Origin: Octopus bimaculoides
Taxonomy: Eukaryota
DNA: 64,000 nt
Reading direction: 5' to 3'
Assembly: GCF_001194135.2 (NCBI RefSeq)
Contig: NC_068981.1
Location: forward strand, 37,681,315 to 37,745,314
Shown: one piece after another, positions 39,711 to 53,896 of the stretch
How the letters are laid out: every line of letters starts with the position of its first letter
Numbering within the stretch: position 1 is the stretch's first letter
Notes under the pieces: model-generated
The model's database searches: none
The model's input: the letters and a program-made list of their open reading frames with translations, nothing else
What the model was told of the DNA's origin: nothing
Program-made: the position numbers and the translations under genes

Positions 39711-41930
39711 GTTTTGACCACAGTGATGTTTGAAAACAAAATGTAGAGGACAAAACTAAATTTGTAAATGAACCCAACTGAAGGAGTTTCTTTATGGCAA
39801 CTAGAACTTCTAGAAATAGCAGCTAATTTCTCTACATATTTCACTCTACCATATCAGAAGTAGAAGGATACTTTAGATAATGTATTCCTAATGCAGTAGT
39901 CTCTGCTTGGCTGTGTTTGATCTTAGGTCTGTTTGATCAGAGTTGTCCTTGAATTAAATAGCATGTGCAACATTGGTGAAGGGACTGTGTTGCAATTTTA
40001 CTCATTTAATACTGCCATCAAATCTGCTTTTCCAAAGTCCTATCAAGATTAAAAGTGATGAGCTCTATATTTTAAGCATGACAAAATGTAGACAGAAGCG
40101 TCACTACTGAGGTATTAACGAAGTAATTCTTTGATTATCAAACTTTGGACCAGAGGTTTATTGTAGCAGAAACATTAAGAAATGTTTGGCAACAAGAATA
40201 AATAATGCATACCTCTTATTATTATTATTATCACAGTGAAAGGCAGTGAGCTGGCAGAATCTTTAGCACACAGGGCAAAATGCCTAGCAGCATTTCCCTG
40301 CTGTTTTTACATTCTGAGTTCAAATTCTACCCAAGCCAACTTTGCTTTTCAACCTTTTGGGGTCAATAAAATAAGTACCAGTTCAGCACTGGAGTCGATG
40401 TAATGGACTGACCCCATCCCTGAAATTGCTGGATTTGAGCCATAATTTGAAACTATTATTATCACAGCCATGTTTATTTTTATTTTTCATGGAGCCAATT
40501 TTTACAGAAGTTGTAATAGTCAATCTAATCCAGCACATGAAGCAACTTATTTGTGATCACTCAACCTACTAGAAATAAGAGTCAAATTTGCCTTGATTCA
40601 TATTACCATAATAAAATAAAAACATATTGGATGATGCAGTTCAAGATATATTATGTCCAGTAAATAAGGTGGGATGGTCACAACTAGAATGTCTTTGATC
40701 AAATATTTAATCAGTCAAAACTGACGTGGAGCTAAACAACTACAACGTGTATATATTTTCTTGATTTTGGGAAGATAAAAGGCAATTTCATTATTATTTA
40801 AATTCAAATAACAAAAGAAAGTTATTAAGCAATATATCTTAAAATTTTTATCATAATGGTTAATTACTATCTTAATTTCTGTATATTCTTCTAAATCAGA
40901 AAACATTGGTCACATCAGGAGGGTGATATGATGATCACACAGGATTACTTATGGTCAATGTATGGAGGGATACAAAATACTTTTATAGAGACTCGTTCTG
41001 TGGAAGAAGAATTGGTTTAACCTAATTAGTATGCTTCTACATGTTTCCATTGAATTGTTGGAACATGCGTCTTTCTCTGTCAAGTGTTTTCTAATGCTAG
41101 TAATAAAAACAATATTGGAGAGTTAATTTGTACCCTAAAACTAATTATATTACTGTAATCAGAGTTATGTGCATTGCTTGAAAATAAATGTTTAGGGAAT
41201 GTAAATTCCTAATTCCTCTGAAATCACACCAAAATTTCAATGATTCCACCAAACAAAATTTAATGATTGTATCAAAATCTTTTTACCTTTTGAACAGACA
41301 TGGCCGTATCATTAAGAAGTCCACTTCACAATCATGTGATTCTGAGTTCAGTCTCATTACACATCACTTTGGGCAAATGTCTTTCATTATAGCCCCTTTC
41401 TGACCAATGACTTATGAAGGAATTTGGTAGATGGAAATTGTAGTAAAACCTATTGCACATATATATTTATGTGTATATGTGAATGCATGTGTATACATGT
41501 TTTTGATTGACAATTGGTTTAGGTTTGTTTAAATACCTGTAATTTTGCATTTCAGCAAAAAAGAGACTACTAGCTTAAAAATACTTTGAGGTAGTGTTTC
41601 ATCATGGCTGCAATCTAGTAACTGAAATATGTAAAGACTAAAAGGATAACAGAATGTACTTCAGTCATTATAAGAAAAACAAAAAAACAACTTATATTAT
41701 CCAATGAAAAGCCCTTAATCTGGTAGTCATAAAAAGAATGTCTGAGCAGCAAAACAACAGTCACATTCAAATTAACAAGGAAAATTCCTGAGAAGAGAAG
41801 ATAGTTACCAAATTTCATGCAAAGTATTAGATTTATATTGCAGAAACAGGGGAAAATATTATTATTATTTCTTTTTTCTAAAGCTTCAGAATTATAATCA
41901 GTAACACTCAACTCTCATTTGTTCTTTTAG

Positions 41931-41948
41931 AGTCAAATATCCAGCAAA
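41931..41948 (+). CDS. Candidate 18-nt microexon
   Basis: CTCAACTCTCATTTGTTCTTTTAG|AGTCAAATATCCAGCAAA|GTAAGT; frame-preserving and open in all three frames. Confidence 0.35.
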
Positions 41949-44885
41949 GTAAGTAATTTACTTATTTGTTTGTCGTTTAAAAGAGTTGATAATTACTATC
42001 CATTGTTGAATTTGGCCCCCACCAAACATAGAAATGAATTGGATGATATTCATGCTTACCTGACATTAATGATATGAGGTGAAGTGAAATAACCTCCTCC
42101 AAGAAAAGTGAGTTTTGTATGTGACAAAAAGTATATTCCACAGTTTAGTTTAAATTTCATTTACTCATGAGAAATTTATGTTCTACATTCATTCAAAATC
42201 AATGGTTCCTCTATGCTGTGTGTTTGTGTATGGACACATGTTTTAAAACTTAGAAAGGAATAAATGTTCACACAAAAAGATTTCAAAATGAAATCAGATT
42301 TTTTGTTAATTGAAGAAATTTGAGTGCTGGTTACTCACTGGTATTTGTACATAATTTGAAAAGGAAGTCAAAGTTTGTATGCAACAAATTTCCAAGTCCA
42401 CCCATAGCAAAGAAATTAAGGCAAACATTGCTTGAAATGCATATGTATCATGTCAAGTGCTAGCTGTATTTATTAAATTTGGTATGTTTTGATTTGTTTG
42501 CAATCAAATGGAGAACATTCCATTGCTGTCTTTCCAATAAGTTGACCTGTCTACATGTATAATGTAAGCTATTTCAGCCATTCATTGATTTCACTCTTAT
42601 TGCATCCCCCAACCTCCAGACCTGTACAATGTCTTTCTCCTCAGAACATTAGCCTTTTTGGAATTCTCTCCCTGCTCATGTCATTCTAACAGGTGTAGAC
42701 TTACAAAGGTTTGAGAGGAATAGTAATGGCATTAATTTCATTATATAGGACAGCGCATGAAAGCCATGAGCCCCTTTCTCCAGACAAAAAAAAAAAAACA
42801 TTTGGGGTAAGTTACTCACCAGTAGCTTATTTCATTTCAGCATGTAACACAAAATTCTTACAGTGGCACAAGGCCAGAAATATGTGGTTGAGAAGTAGCT
42901 GATTAAATTGATCCAGTATTTAATCAGTACCTTACATTATTAACTCAAAACAAAGTGAAAAGCTAAGATAATCTCAGCATGATTTGAGCTTAGAATGTAA
43001 AGAAATTGCACAAATACCACATAGAATTTGTCGAATGTCCTAATGATTTGTAATCTACCACCTTTGTAATACAAATGATAATGATTGCAGTATCAAATAG
43101 ATAAATTAACTAATAGAATTTAACCGATTTTTCATATCACCAAAACTTCCAAACAAGATTATATTGGCAACAATTTACAAGATCTATCTAGAAATCTAAT
43201 TTTGAACTGATGCTTTGGAGAGTTTATTATGTTTCTAATCCTATCATTTCTTATTCTTAAATAAAATCCAATAGTATTAAATGTAATTTAATATTGCAAC
43301 TCATCGTCATGTGAATTTAAGATTACATATTTGTAACCATGTAACCATGAGTTCAATCTTTACTATAGCTGTTGAGTGATATCAATAATAAAGATCTTTA
43401 CTATTCCTGCTTCAGTCTGATTGGCTGGCAACTGGCTTCAGTTCCTATTTCATGGATGAGTAATTAGCAGTAAGAAAGATATCCAGCTTTTAAAACTATT
43501 AGCACCTAATTTCTGAATACCACCCTCCATATGAAAACATGAAGAAACTGATGAAATATAGCAAAGGCAAGAAAATTAGTGTTCTTTTTTTTTTAATCTA
43601 TTTATTGTCTTTTTTTTTATTTTGAAAACAACATTTTTTACTGAATGTGTGCCCATCTGAGTGTATATCAATTGATTGAAGTAGGAGAGGAAAAAGGGAG
43701 AATATGAGAAAGAGAAAGAAAAATATAGATACAGACAAATAGAAAAGAGTAAATTAAGATAAAAATATTTGAAATGACAATAAACATAACAAAAGCAGAA
43801 AATGAAAGATGATTTGAATAACCTTTTTTTAAACAAAAAAAAAAAAATGACAAAACCTATCTTTAGGAATGTTATCAGATATTCTACTGATGGAATGTTG
43901 TTTTATGTATTTATTTGCAGAGTTTGCTTAAGAAAATTGCAACTGTACTTTTGTTTCATTGAATAAACACACTGGTAGACATTTTCATACAGAACTATAT
44001 CAGAAATAATGAGATGCAATAAAAGGCTGCATTCCTTCATATATTTATTTATTTACAATTTATCATCCATCAGGTTTCATATTTGCACACATGACAATGC
44101 CATGGGTAATGAAATGCTGGAATGGCTGTTGTGATTTGTAGATAAGTCCAAAAAGGGAAAGGAGCATTTATGACCTCATCAAACATGTTTCCATATATTT
44201 CGAACATTCCTGGAGGCTTAATATACATATTTTATGCCATGGGGCTTGATCTGAATAACAACATTCCATTGCAATCAGCTAATATCAGATATTATTCTAT
44301 AATCTGAAGGTCAAAACAATACAAAAAGTTGAGTCAAATCATTTTGTTCAGCAGGATTCGTGATAATTATTTATTTAAATATTCATTAGAATTTAAAATT
44401 CTCTTTGGAAGATAAATAATTATTAGAAAAAATTACTATTTCAAAGTGGGGTTGATATTTATCTCCTGGAAACATTAATCTCATATTTGACTTCTAAGCA
44501 AAAGATGGCAACAAGAATTTATTGACTGGTTGATCTCTATAAAAATTCCACAGTTTTGAATCATAATGCAGATTTGTTATAATGTCCATATCATGTGGAC
44601 TAAATTTATGTCAGTCTGCTATATTTTATTCCATTCAGAAATAATTTCACAGAAGGTAATTTGAGATTTTCTTTGGCATTTTTATTATTTTTCCAATTTC
44701 TTCTATGAATCATAATAAAACATTTACATAATTTGCACGTTTATATCTCATATATCCTTTGGAATCTAATCTTATAGATTAGTCACAAGATATATTATAT
44801 GTAATGCTAACAGAAGTTCATTCTACTCACTGTAATAATAACTTTTTTCATAGATGACAATTATAACACTTATTTTATGAAAATA

Positions 44886-44922
<37 letters not shown>

Positions 44923-45596
44923 TACTACATTACATTAATAATCAGAAGAGAATAGTTAAGATCATCAATGCTCATTAGTCAATCAGTGCATGTTACATTT
45001 TTGTACATTTTCTAACTCAAAATATCTAGTAGGTCTAAATAATGACTATCAAAATGGTAATGGTAATTGAATTCAGTAATTTAAAACTTTCTTTCGAAGA
45101 ACAAAATAATATCTAAATACAAGCAATCTAACAAAAGTGACTCCTATTAAATTTAAGCAGGAATAAATAAATGGTCAGATTGACAAATAAAATGAGATTT
45201 CATGGGAATATAAAAGAATTCTAATATTACTTTTAATCAGCTACATTTATTTAACATTTATACTTGTTATAAGAGTTGAAAATTAAGACAACAAAAATTA
45301 AGAAATAAACATCTATTATTCTGAACGGTTATAAAATTATGGTGAAGTCTTAAAATTTTAACGTAGAACTAGAAAAATGAAGTAGAGCCAGCAACCACTT
45401 AGCTGCAAATGTGGCTTAGTAACATATACAATGCTTTTGCTAATTGTTTAGGTGCTTATGTAGCCCCACGAACAATAAGTATTGTCTCGGCCCCATCAAC
45501 CTTGATCTAATTGAATATCTGATTGGCAACAGTTAGATGAAGGAAGAGCTGCACCAGCAACTGGTTGGATTCACTTAAATCTGAAGATACTATCGC

Positions 45597-46190
45597 AATC
45601 ATCATCATCATCATTTAACATCCACTTTCCATGCTGGCATGGGTTGGGCAGGAGCTGGCCAGCTGGAGAACTGCTCCATGCTTTGGCATGGTCTCTATGG
45701 CTGGATGCCCTTCCTAACACCAACCACTTTACAGAGTGTACTGGGTGCTCTTGCACAGCACTGGCATGGGTACTTTTACATGGCACTGGTCTGGGTGCTT
45801 TTTATGTGGCACCAGCACCTATGAGCTCACAAGATTAGGAATGCTCAGTTAGAGAGGGAAGCAGGAGACAGGCTGTATGCAAGGACAACCACGTTTTTAC
45901 TTAGTTTGACATGTTTTCTCCTGTATAGCAAACCACCAAAAATCTCAGTTCCCTGTCATCCCCTCTGTGAGTCCCGACATCTGTAGTTCCATTCTCACTA
46001 CTTTATCCCACATCTTCCTGGGTCAACCCCTTCCACATGTTCCCTCTACAATTAGAGATTGGTGCCTCTTGATGCAACTGTCTTCATTCATATGCATTAC
46101 ATGATCATGCCATCACATTCTTCTCTCTTGCATACTTCATCCAATGCCTCGTATTCTCAGTTTTACTCTCAAATCACTTACATTCTGTTG
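45597..46190 (-). mobile_element. RTE LINE 3' end
   Basis: DLRVKLRIRGIG..WHDHVMHMNEDSCIKR..PRKMWDKVV, then the shared 3' UTR and GAT tail. Confidence 0.85.
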
Positions 46191-46656
46191 TATATACACC
46201 CTGATAATTTGCATATGCTCCAGCAGAGCATATGAAATACAAGAACTGCCAAGTTCATGTGTTAAGTTCATAGATGAATGATATAATAACTTAAATACTA
46301 TTTTGGAAAATTGTCTACATTCTAAAGAAAATATTTTAAATCTTAAAGATTTATTCATAGAAGTGTATTTTTATATTCTTAGCTATTTTCTTTTTGTACA
46401 AATGGGCTTCTGCTCACTAAACTCCTTTAATCAGCATCAGTTATTGTCTATTTTCCTTTCTGCATTCAAGGTATTTATCTCATAATTTCTTTTTACGAAG
46501 TTGTCATACATGAAGATGTTGAAGTACACAGCTTTCTCTGGCTTGCATACTCTTTCTACACAACACTTCTGGCACAGAAGCCAAATTTATTCCCATTCTG
46601 AAATATCTGCACTAAATGGTATCCTATCTGTATCCTTAATGAACACAATAACATAC

Positions 46657-46692
46657 CCTTGATCTCTTTCCTGGTTCCAAATCCAGATTTAC
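46657..46692 (-). CDS. Candidate 36-nt exon
   Basis: TTTATTTTGTAG|GTAAATCTGGATTTGGAACCAGGAAAGAGATCAAGG|GTATGT; encodes (G)KSGFGTRKEIK or VNLDLEPGKRSR. Confidence 0.3.
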
Positions 46693-48187
46693 CTACAAAA
46701 TAAATGTCTCTGAATTCACTGGCTTGTCCAATCACTACCTAATGAAGGCAATACACCATATAACCTTCCTGCACAAATTCTTCAAGCCAGCTAACTGGTT
46801 GAAGTATTGCCAGGTCAACACCAACCAATTATTCCTAGCTGAAAATATATTTCCACCCCCAGACTATTTGTAACTTGTCATTAGGTAACTAAAAACTATG
46901 CTTCTAGAAATATCTTGTCACATTCCTCAAATGAGTAAAATCCATAACCTCAAAACTGTTATGATTTACTCACACCTATGGGTTAAGACTGCACAGAGTT
47001 CAGCATAGATAGACACGTGCAATAACTGAGAAGATGGATCTGTGGGTCACACTTCATCACTTGGTTGACTGCCTACACACCATTTGATCAGGACTGAATT
47101 GTGCAACAACAATGATGACAACAACAATGGCAACAACAGCCAATTACATCTTATGGAGAATATTAAAAACGTTTTTCCTAAAATTAATGTTCAGACATCT
47201 ATCAGTTAAAAATTGAAAGTCACTTCAAAGAAGTCTGTTATTCTCATTTTTCATTCATTAGAACTTTATTTTCTTCAAATGCTATTCATCTAATCATACA
47301 TATTTATTTGTTTGTTTGTTTGTTTGTTATTTTATCTATTTATCTATTTATTTTGAAATAAACAGGCAACTTCAGAGGAAGAAATGTGAAACAATTTCTT
47401 CAGTTTCTTTCTAGAAATATTGGTGTTGGTTTTTCAAAAATATTGTTAGTTTTAGATCTTCTTATCAAAAAGTAGTTTTAAGATAAATTACTTTGAGTGA
47501 TGGAGATCACAAAAACCTCTGTGCAGTTTATATACATACAGATATTTATGTATGTGTATATGTTTCTGTGCATATGTGATTATATATATGTATAGAAACA
47601 AACACAGACATGCTCACACACACATATCTATTGATTTCTAGCCTAGACACAAGTCTTCAAACTCAGGTGATGGGTATAGTCGATTAGATCAACCTCAATA
47701 CTCAATTGCATACTTTCTTTTATAGACCACTGAAGGATGAAAGGAAGAGATTGACACTGTTATTCGTTTGTTCATTTAACATACATTTTCCCAACTTCTC
47801 TTTGGTTGGGTGATGACTTATTTGAAGCAGGATGTTCTTTCTGTTGCAGCTGGATGGTCTTCCTGTTTCTAATCCTTATCTGTTTTTCAACTAAGGAATA
47901 TTTTATTCTACAAGTCTTCAAAAGCAGAGTGAGTGGTCATAAGATCAACAAGGAATATCAGCATCACATTGTCAGGTGGTGATAAGTAAAACCATGTGAT
48001 ATGAATATTCATGTACATTTGCACATTCATGCACACACATATATGTATGTATATACATACATGTTATACAGACACTCACAGACACAAACACACGCACACA
48101 CATATATATGTATATATACATATATAAGTACATATACATAAAAATGTGTGCTCATGTGTATATATATATATATATATATATATGTGT

Positions 48188-48418
48188 TATTTCTTTACTA
48201 CCCACAAGGGGCTACACACAGGGGGGACAAACAAAGACAGACAAACGGATTAAGTCGATTATATCGACCCCAGTGCGTAACTGGTACTTATTTAATCGAC
48301 CCCGAAAGGATGAAAGGCAAAGTCGACCTCGGCGGAATTTGAACTCAGAACGTAGCGGCAGACGAAATACCGCTAAGCATTTCGCCCGGGGTGCTAACGT
48401 TTCTGCCAGCTCGCCGCC
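48188..48418 (-). mobile_element. tRNA-derived SINE family S1, young full-length copy
   Basis: CpG-rich intact copy. More decayed copies lie near 2310, 8625, 24478, 24855, 27730, 38800, 40245, 56037 and 61540. Confidence 0.92.
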
Positions 48419-48513
48419 TTATATATATATGTGTGTGTGTATGTATGTATGTATGTATGTATGTATGCGTATGTGTATGCATAAGCATGCATAAAGATAT
48501 ATACATGTGTGTA

Positions 48514-48909
48514 TTCTTTTAATCTTTTACTTGTTTCAGTCATTTGACTGCAGCCAAGCTGGAGCACCACCTTGAAGGGCTTTAGTCGAACAAATTGATC
48601 CTAAGACTTATTTTATAAGCCTAGTTCTTATTCTATCAGTCTCTTTTGCTGAGCTGCTAAATTACAGGAATGTAAACACACCGATCCTGATTGTCAAGTA
48701 GTGGTGGTAGGGGGACATACACAGACACAAAAACACACACAAATAAATATATACATATATATATGATGGGCTTCTTTCAGGTTTTGTCTACCAAACCCAC
48801 TCACAAAGCTATAACAGACGACACTTGTCTACAGTGTCATGCATTGGGACTGAACCCAGAACCCTATAGCTGGAAAGCAGGCTTCTTACCACACAGCCAT
48901 GCCTCTGCC
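48514..48909 (-). mobile_element. tRNA-derived SINE family S2
   Basis: Head GGCATGGCTGTGTGGTAAGAAG..GGGTTCAGTCCC, internal CA/TA tract, tail GAAACAAGTAAAAGA. Other copies lie near 1, 320, 25290, 30320, 35240, 41310 and 63461. Confidence 0.88.
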
Positions 48910-50290
48910 TGTATGTATTTGTATCATCATCATCATCATCATCATCGTTTAACGTCCGCTTTCCATGCTAGAATGGGTTGGACGATTTGACTGAGGACTG
49001 GTGAAACCGGATGGCAACACCAGGCTCCAATCTAAATTTGGCAGAGTTTCTACAGCTGGATGCCCTTCCTNNNNNNNNNNNNNNNNNNNNNNNNNNNNNN
49101 NNNNNNNNNNNNNNNNNNNNNNNNNNNNNNNNNNNNNNNNNNNNNNNNNNNNNNNNNNNNNNNNNNNNNNNNNNNNNNNNNNNNNNNNNNNNNNNNNNNN
49201 NNNNNNNNNNNNNNNNNNNNNNNNNNNNNNNNNNNNNNNNNNNNNNNNNNNNNNNNNNNNNNNNNNNNNNNNNNNNNNNNNNNNNNNNNNNNNNNNNNNN
49301 NNNNNNNNNNNNNNNNNNNNNNNNNNNNNNNNNNNNNNNNNNNNNNNNNNNNNNNNNNNNNNNNNNNNNNNNNNNNNNNNNNNNNNNNNNNNNNNNNNNN
49401 NNNNNNNNNNNNNNNNNNNNNNNNNNNNNNNNNNNNNNNNNNNNNNNNNNNNNNNNNNNNNNNNNNNNNNNNNNNNNNNNNNNNNNNNNNNNNNNNNNNN
49501 NNNNNNNNNNNNNNNNNNNNNNNNNNNNNNNNNNNNNNNNNNNNNNNNNNNNNNNNNNNNNNNNNNNNNNNNNNNNNNNNNNNNNNNNNNNNNNNNNNNN
49601 NNNNNNNNNNNNNNNNNNNNNNNNNNNNNNNNNNNNNNNNNNNNNNNNNNNNNNNNNNNNNNNNNNNNNNNNNNNNNNNNNNNNNNNNNNNNNNNNNNNN
49701 NNNNNNNNNNNNNNNNNNNNNNNNNNNNNNNNNNNNNNNNNTATATATATATATATATATATATGCATGTGTATATATGTGTAAATGTATGTGTTTATGC
49801 ATGTATTATTAATCAGAAAAGACTTTAGTGCATTAGTAATGGTTTTTAAATACTCAAATTCATGATTGTAATTGTTATAACTTCTTGCTTTCTCTAAAAG
49901 ATACTTATCATGCATTTAAAATGTTGATGTTTTTCTTCAACACCAGCCTCATGATTATATAGGAAATATCATGGCTGTTGAAATCAACCCTAATAGCTTA
50001 GATATACTTATTTTAACTATTTAAAAGCTAACATAACCTATAGAAAAGGGAAGCATTGAATTTGAAGTAACAAAACACTTGATATAACACATAGTCTAAC
50101 TTTACCCATTTCTACCACCCTAGAAATAACCACCAAATCTTTTGAAAATTACACCCTATTATCTCAGAAAATGGTATATTGGATAGTATTATTCAAAATA
50201 CAATGTACTTGCAATTAAGCCAGCTATTAGGCTGCACTACCTTTGATCATAAGTCTGGCTCAATCGTAGCAGACTTTGAGTTAAACAGCA

Positions 50291-50329
<39 letters not shown>

Positions 50330-50929
50330 GGGAACGATATAGCCCTAACTATGAAATGCAGCCAGTGGCATCACAATAATGGCCAGCATTACCGGAATTA
50401 AATGTCAGAAAAGTTATAACATTTAAACGGATATTGCAAATAAGAATACAAGTATAATAAAATAACGACCAATGTAAAAACAAAATGCCCAAAAAAAAAT
50501 GTTTTCAATACAAAAGAAAACAATGAAAGAGCAGAAAGAAACAAAATAAAGAACAGGTGAATTCATAAACGTGCAATCTAGGTGATCTGATTCTTTAGCT
50601 ATTATAGTAGTTATATCTACTTAAATGTTCTGTAATATTTCAACTTCCAATACAATTCATTTTCCAATGATCAAAGCAATTATTTCTCTGTATTCTCTAA
50701 ACTTTGTGTTTCTTTCATTGTAATGATTTCTGATTGTGTTTCTTTCACTACCAAAAATCATTACAATGAATTTAATTTCCACACAATGTTTCATTAGACC
50801 TAGTTATTTATATTTTTCTCTGTTCCAATTATAGAGTAAAGAAATAACTCAAGTGTAGTGCTATATGAGACTTATGTTGTAAAAGTCTCCCAAAATACAC
50901 TTTGATCATTTTAAAACATATGTCAAACC

Positions 50930-51200
50930 AAAGTGAAATCATGTGTTGAGGAGATTTGAATTCAAGAATGAAGGGATTGGTTAGCAATCTCGATCACACT
51001 TCATAACAAATCAGTGTCATGACCCTGATAAAATGATCCAAGACAGAATCATATTAGGAACTAAGCCAGAATCAGTGACAGAAAAACTTGATAATCAGAG
51101 TGATTATCTAACATGATATAGTTAGTACAAAGTATCAGGGCAAATCTGTGAACATACAGAAATAATACACTCACACCTTGAAAGAACAATGCGAACATCC
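50930..51200 (+). mobile_element. Decayed LTR-retrotransposon gag fragment
   Basis: DKMIQDRIILGTKPESVTEKL resembles the gag MIRDRIVxG..VREKL motif; contains stops. Confidence 0.45.
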
Positions 51201-51978
51201 AAAGAATTATGTATCAACAACAAAATATGCCAATGTCAAGGTCCAGCAGATATTTTGAACACTGAAAAATTACTTAATACTAATAATATTAGGATAATAA
51301 TCACTTAATATGGAATATAAATCTCAAAGCAATAAATGTGGCAACAAACACGCAAAAAAAAATCATTTGTCCAGTATGAGATAAGACATGTATGATGTAC
51401 TAAAAATACAATAATTTCACTGAAACATTCAGTTGTGGAAAATCATCTAAATTAATAAAGTCTCTGAATGAAATATGGAACATGTTTCTATCTTAGTTTC
51501 ATGTTTTATGTTTACAGAGGTAATTACTTTTCTATACAAAACAATTTTACTAATATTCATAATAATAATTATTATATGTATTAAAGAATTTATAAATATT
51601 CACTTCCTCCAAACCTCACACCTGTAGTATGCAACTTTGATACACAGTCTCAACCTAAGATATAACGAAATTCTATCTATTGATTTGATATTATATGTAG
51701 TCCACTTAGGCCACTGAATGCATCCTTTACCTCTGAAAGTACAAACTACCATTTAGAGGATGTCCCATCTATGTCACCCTAGATTATTAACCATGTAAGT
51801 TCTGCTCTTCAACTCCTTGGTAAATGAGTTATGTAAGATATGCCAGAAACTTGTCTCTAATTTTCACATTGTTGTGAGAACACTGCCTATCCTTGGATAA
51901 TAATTTTGTGAAGAAACATCTTTTAACTTTGGCCCTTAAATAGTTAACCTGGTCTTTTAATGATTATGTTTCACTCAC

Positions 51979-52039
51979 CAGATGTCATGGGTTTTGCTGT
52001 AGGCCCATACAAGTGCTTGGTATGCATTATACTCTTTAA
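51979..52039 (-). CDS. Candidate 61-nt exon, copy B
   Basis: TTACAG|...|GTGAGT with CTGAT branch-like motif upstream; encodes KEYNAYQALVWAYSKTHDI or LKSIMHTKHLYGPTAKPMTS. Confidence 0.35.
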
Positions 52040-53234
52040 CTGTAATTCTCATATATTTAAATGGTAAAATCAGATGTAAAACAGAGAATAAAGAATTTGA
52101 AATACAGTGTTTCATCATCATTTAACATCCACGGTTCCATATTTGCATGGATCAGACAAACTTTGCTGAGGAAAAATTTTCTATGGCTGGATTCCTTTGT
52201 CTCCAAACATCACCTATTTCACTTGTCACAGATTTTAAAATAACAAAAACAATGTCTGTAAAGATAAGGTTCATAATGTGGAAATTCTTGACATTGACAT
52301 TCAGTACTTTACAAGAATTCACTGAACCTAAATTGTTTCCTTGTGAACACACCATTTTTGTGCACTCAAATGCATATTTTATCATGTATTATTCTAAGAT
52401 ATAGCTATAGAAGAGAAGATCTACAAAGATCCTGAGGAAGAATAGCAAGTTATCACTGGTGATATACAAATGTATGAAAACTTTCACAGGAACATAACAA
52501 TCTGAAATCTGTTTCTAGTGCACTAGGAAATAGAAATTGTGATGAGAAAATGCAAGTCAACCTGAAGTTAAGTAGTTTGATGATATATTATTGGCTAAAA
52601 GTGTCAAGTCAGATTCTACAAAGGTATGCCGTCATTGGTATGAAACTTACAGAAATCAAAACGGGATTACATGCTGAGTTTTCTTAGTTGGACAACTGCT
52701 CTTGGAGAACCATGAATCATGAGCTTCTGTAGTAAAAAGTAATACATTAAAACCATATATATTGTCAGCAAGATATACTCTTATAAAAACAAAATGCATT
52801 GTGCCCAGTCAAAATAATATATATATTATGAGTATTTAATAACATGATAGTTTCATTTGGTACATATCTACCAAAGGAGGTAAACAGAAGCTACTAAAAT
52901 CAACATTTCTATGGCGGTATTTATGATTGTATTTGAAGTGTATCTGATATTTACTAACTTAACAGTATGTTTAGAAACACATAGCATAGGTGTAATGCTA
53001 AATGCCTCATTAGACTAAACTCTATGCTGTAGTACAAACTACTTCTAATAGATCAAAAAAGTTGCCATTCACTGACTATATATGACACCTTCAATCAATC
53101 ATTTAATAGCAGCAAAACAAAAGATTATGTTCCAGGTGAGTTATTATTAAGTTGGATATTTTTCAGAATGTTAACATCCTAATTTCAAAGCTAAATGGTT
53201 AACCTTGTGTTTTTAATGATTATATCTCACTCAC

Positions 53235-53295
53235 CTGATGTCATAGGTTTTGCTATAGGCCTGTACAAGTGCTTGGTAGGCATTGTAATCTTTAA
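53235..53295 (-). CDS. Candidate 61-nt exon, copy A
   Basis: TTACAG|...CAG|GTGAGT; encodes KDYNAYQALVQAYSKTYDI or LKITMPTKHLYRPIAKPMTS; 8 differences from copy B. Confidence 0.4.
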
Positions 53296-53368
53296 CTGTA
53301 ATTCTCATATACGTGGTAAATGTAGCATCAGGTATAAAACAGAGAATAAGGAATTTGAAATATAGTGT

Positions 53369-53427
<59 letters not shown>

Positions 53428-53734
53428 TACCATCATCATCATTACCATCATCCCCATCATTTAACAACCATTGTTCCATTCTTGTATGGATCAGACAGAA
53501 TTTGTAAGGATAATTTTCTATGGCTGGATGCCTTTCCTGTCAGTTTCACTTGTCATAAATTAAAAAAAAAAGAAATGTCTGTAAAGATAAGGGTCATAAT
53601 GTGAAAGTTCTTGCCATCTGCACTCAGTATAGCTATATGAAAACAACCCAAAAAGATATAATCACTGAGGTTATTTAACTTTCTGACAGTAGCTATAAAA
53701 TTTCCATCACACTACATTTTTTATAATCAAAATT

Positions 53735-53896
53735 CTCTGTGGTTGGCGTTAGGAAGGGCATCCAGCTGTAGAAACTCTGCCAAATTTAGATTGGAGCCTG
53801 GTGTTGCCATCCGGTTTCATCAGTCCTCAATCAAATCGTCCAACCCCTGCTAGCATGGAAAGCGGACGTTAAACGATGATGATGATGATGATGATG
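53735..53896 (+). mobile_element. 5'-truncated RTE 3' UTR copy
   Basis: GTGGTTGGCGTTAGGAAGGGCATCC..GACGTTAAACGATGATGAT. Near-identical copies at 48925-49070 (-) and 60127-60225 (+). Confidence 0.88.

Noticed and set aside
43416-43459. 44-nt open exon candidate (SDWLATGFSSYFMD)
   Set aside because: It overlaps decayed repeat sequence leading into the RTE-type tail.
53033-53135. 103-nt plus-strand open segment ending CAG|GTGAGT
   Set aside because: Weak acceptor and no recognisable peptide; it lies opposite the minus-strand cassette 100 bp away. Unresolved without RNA data.
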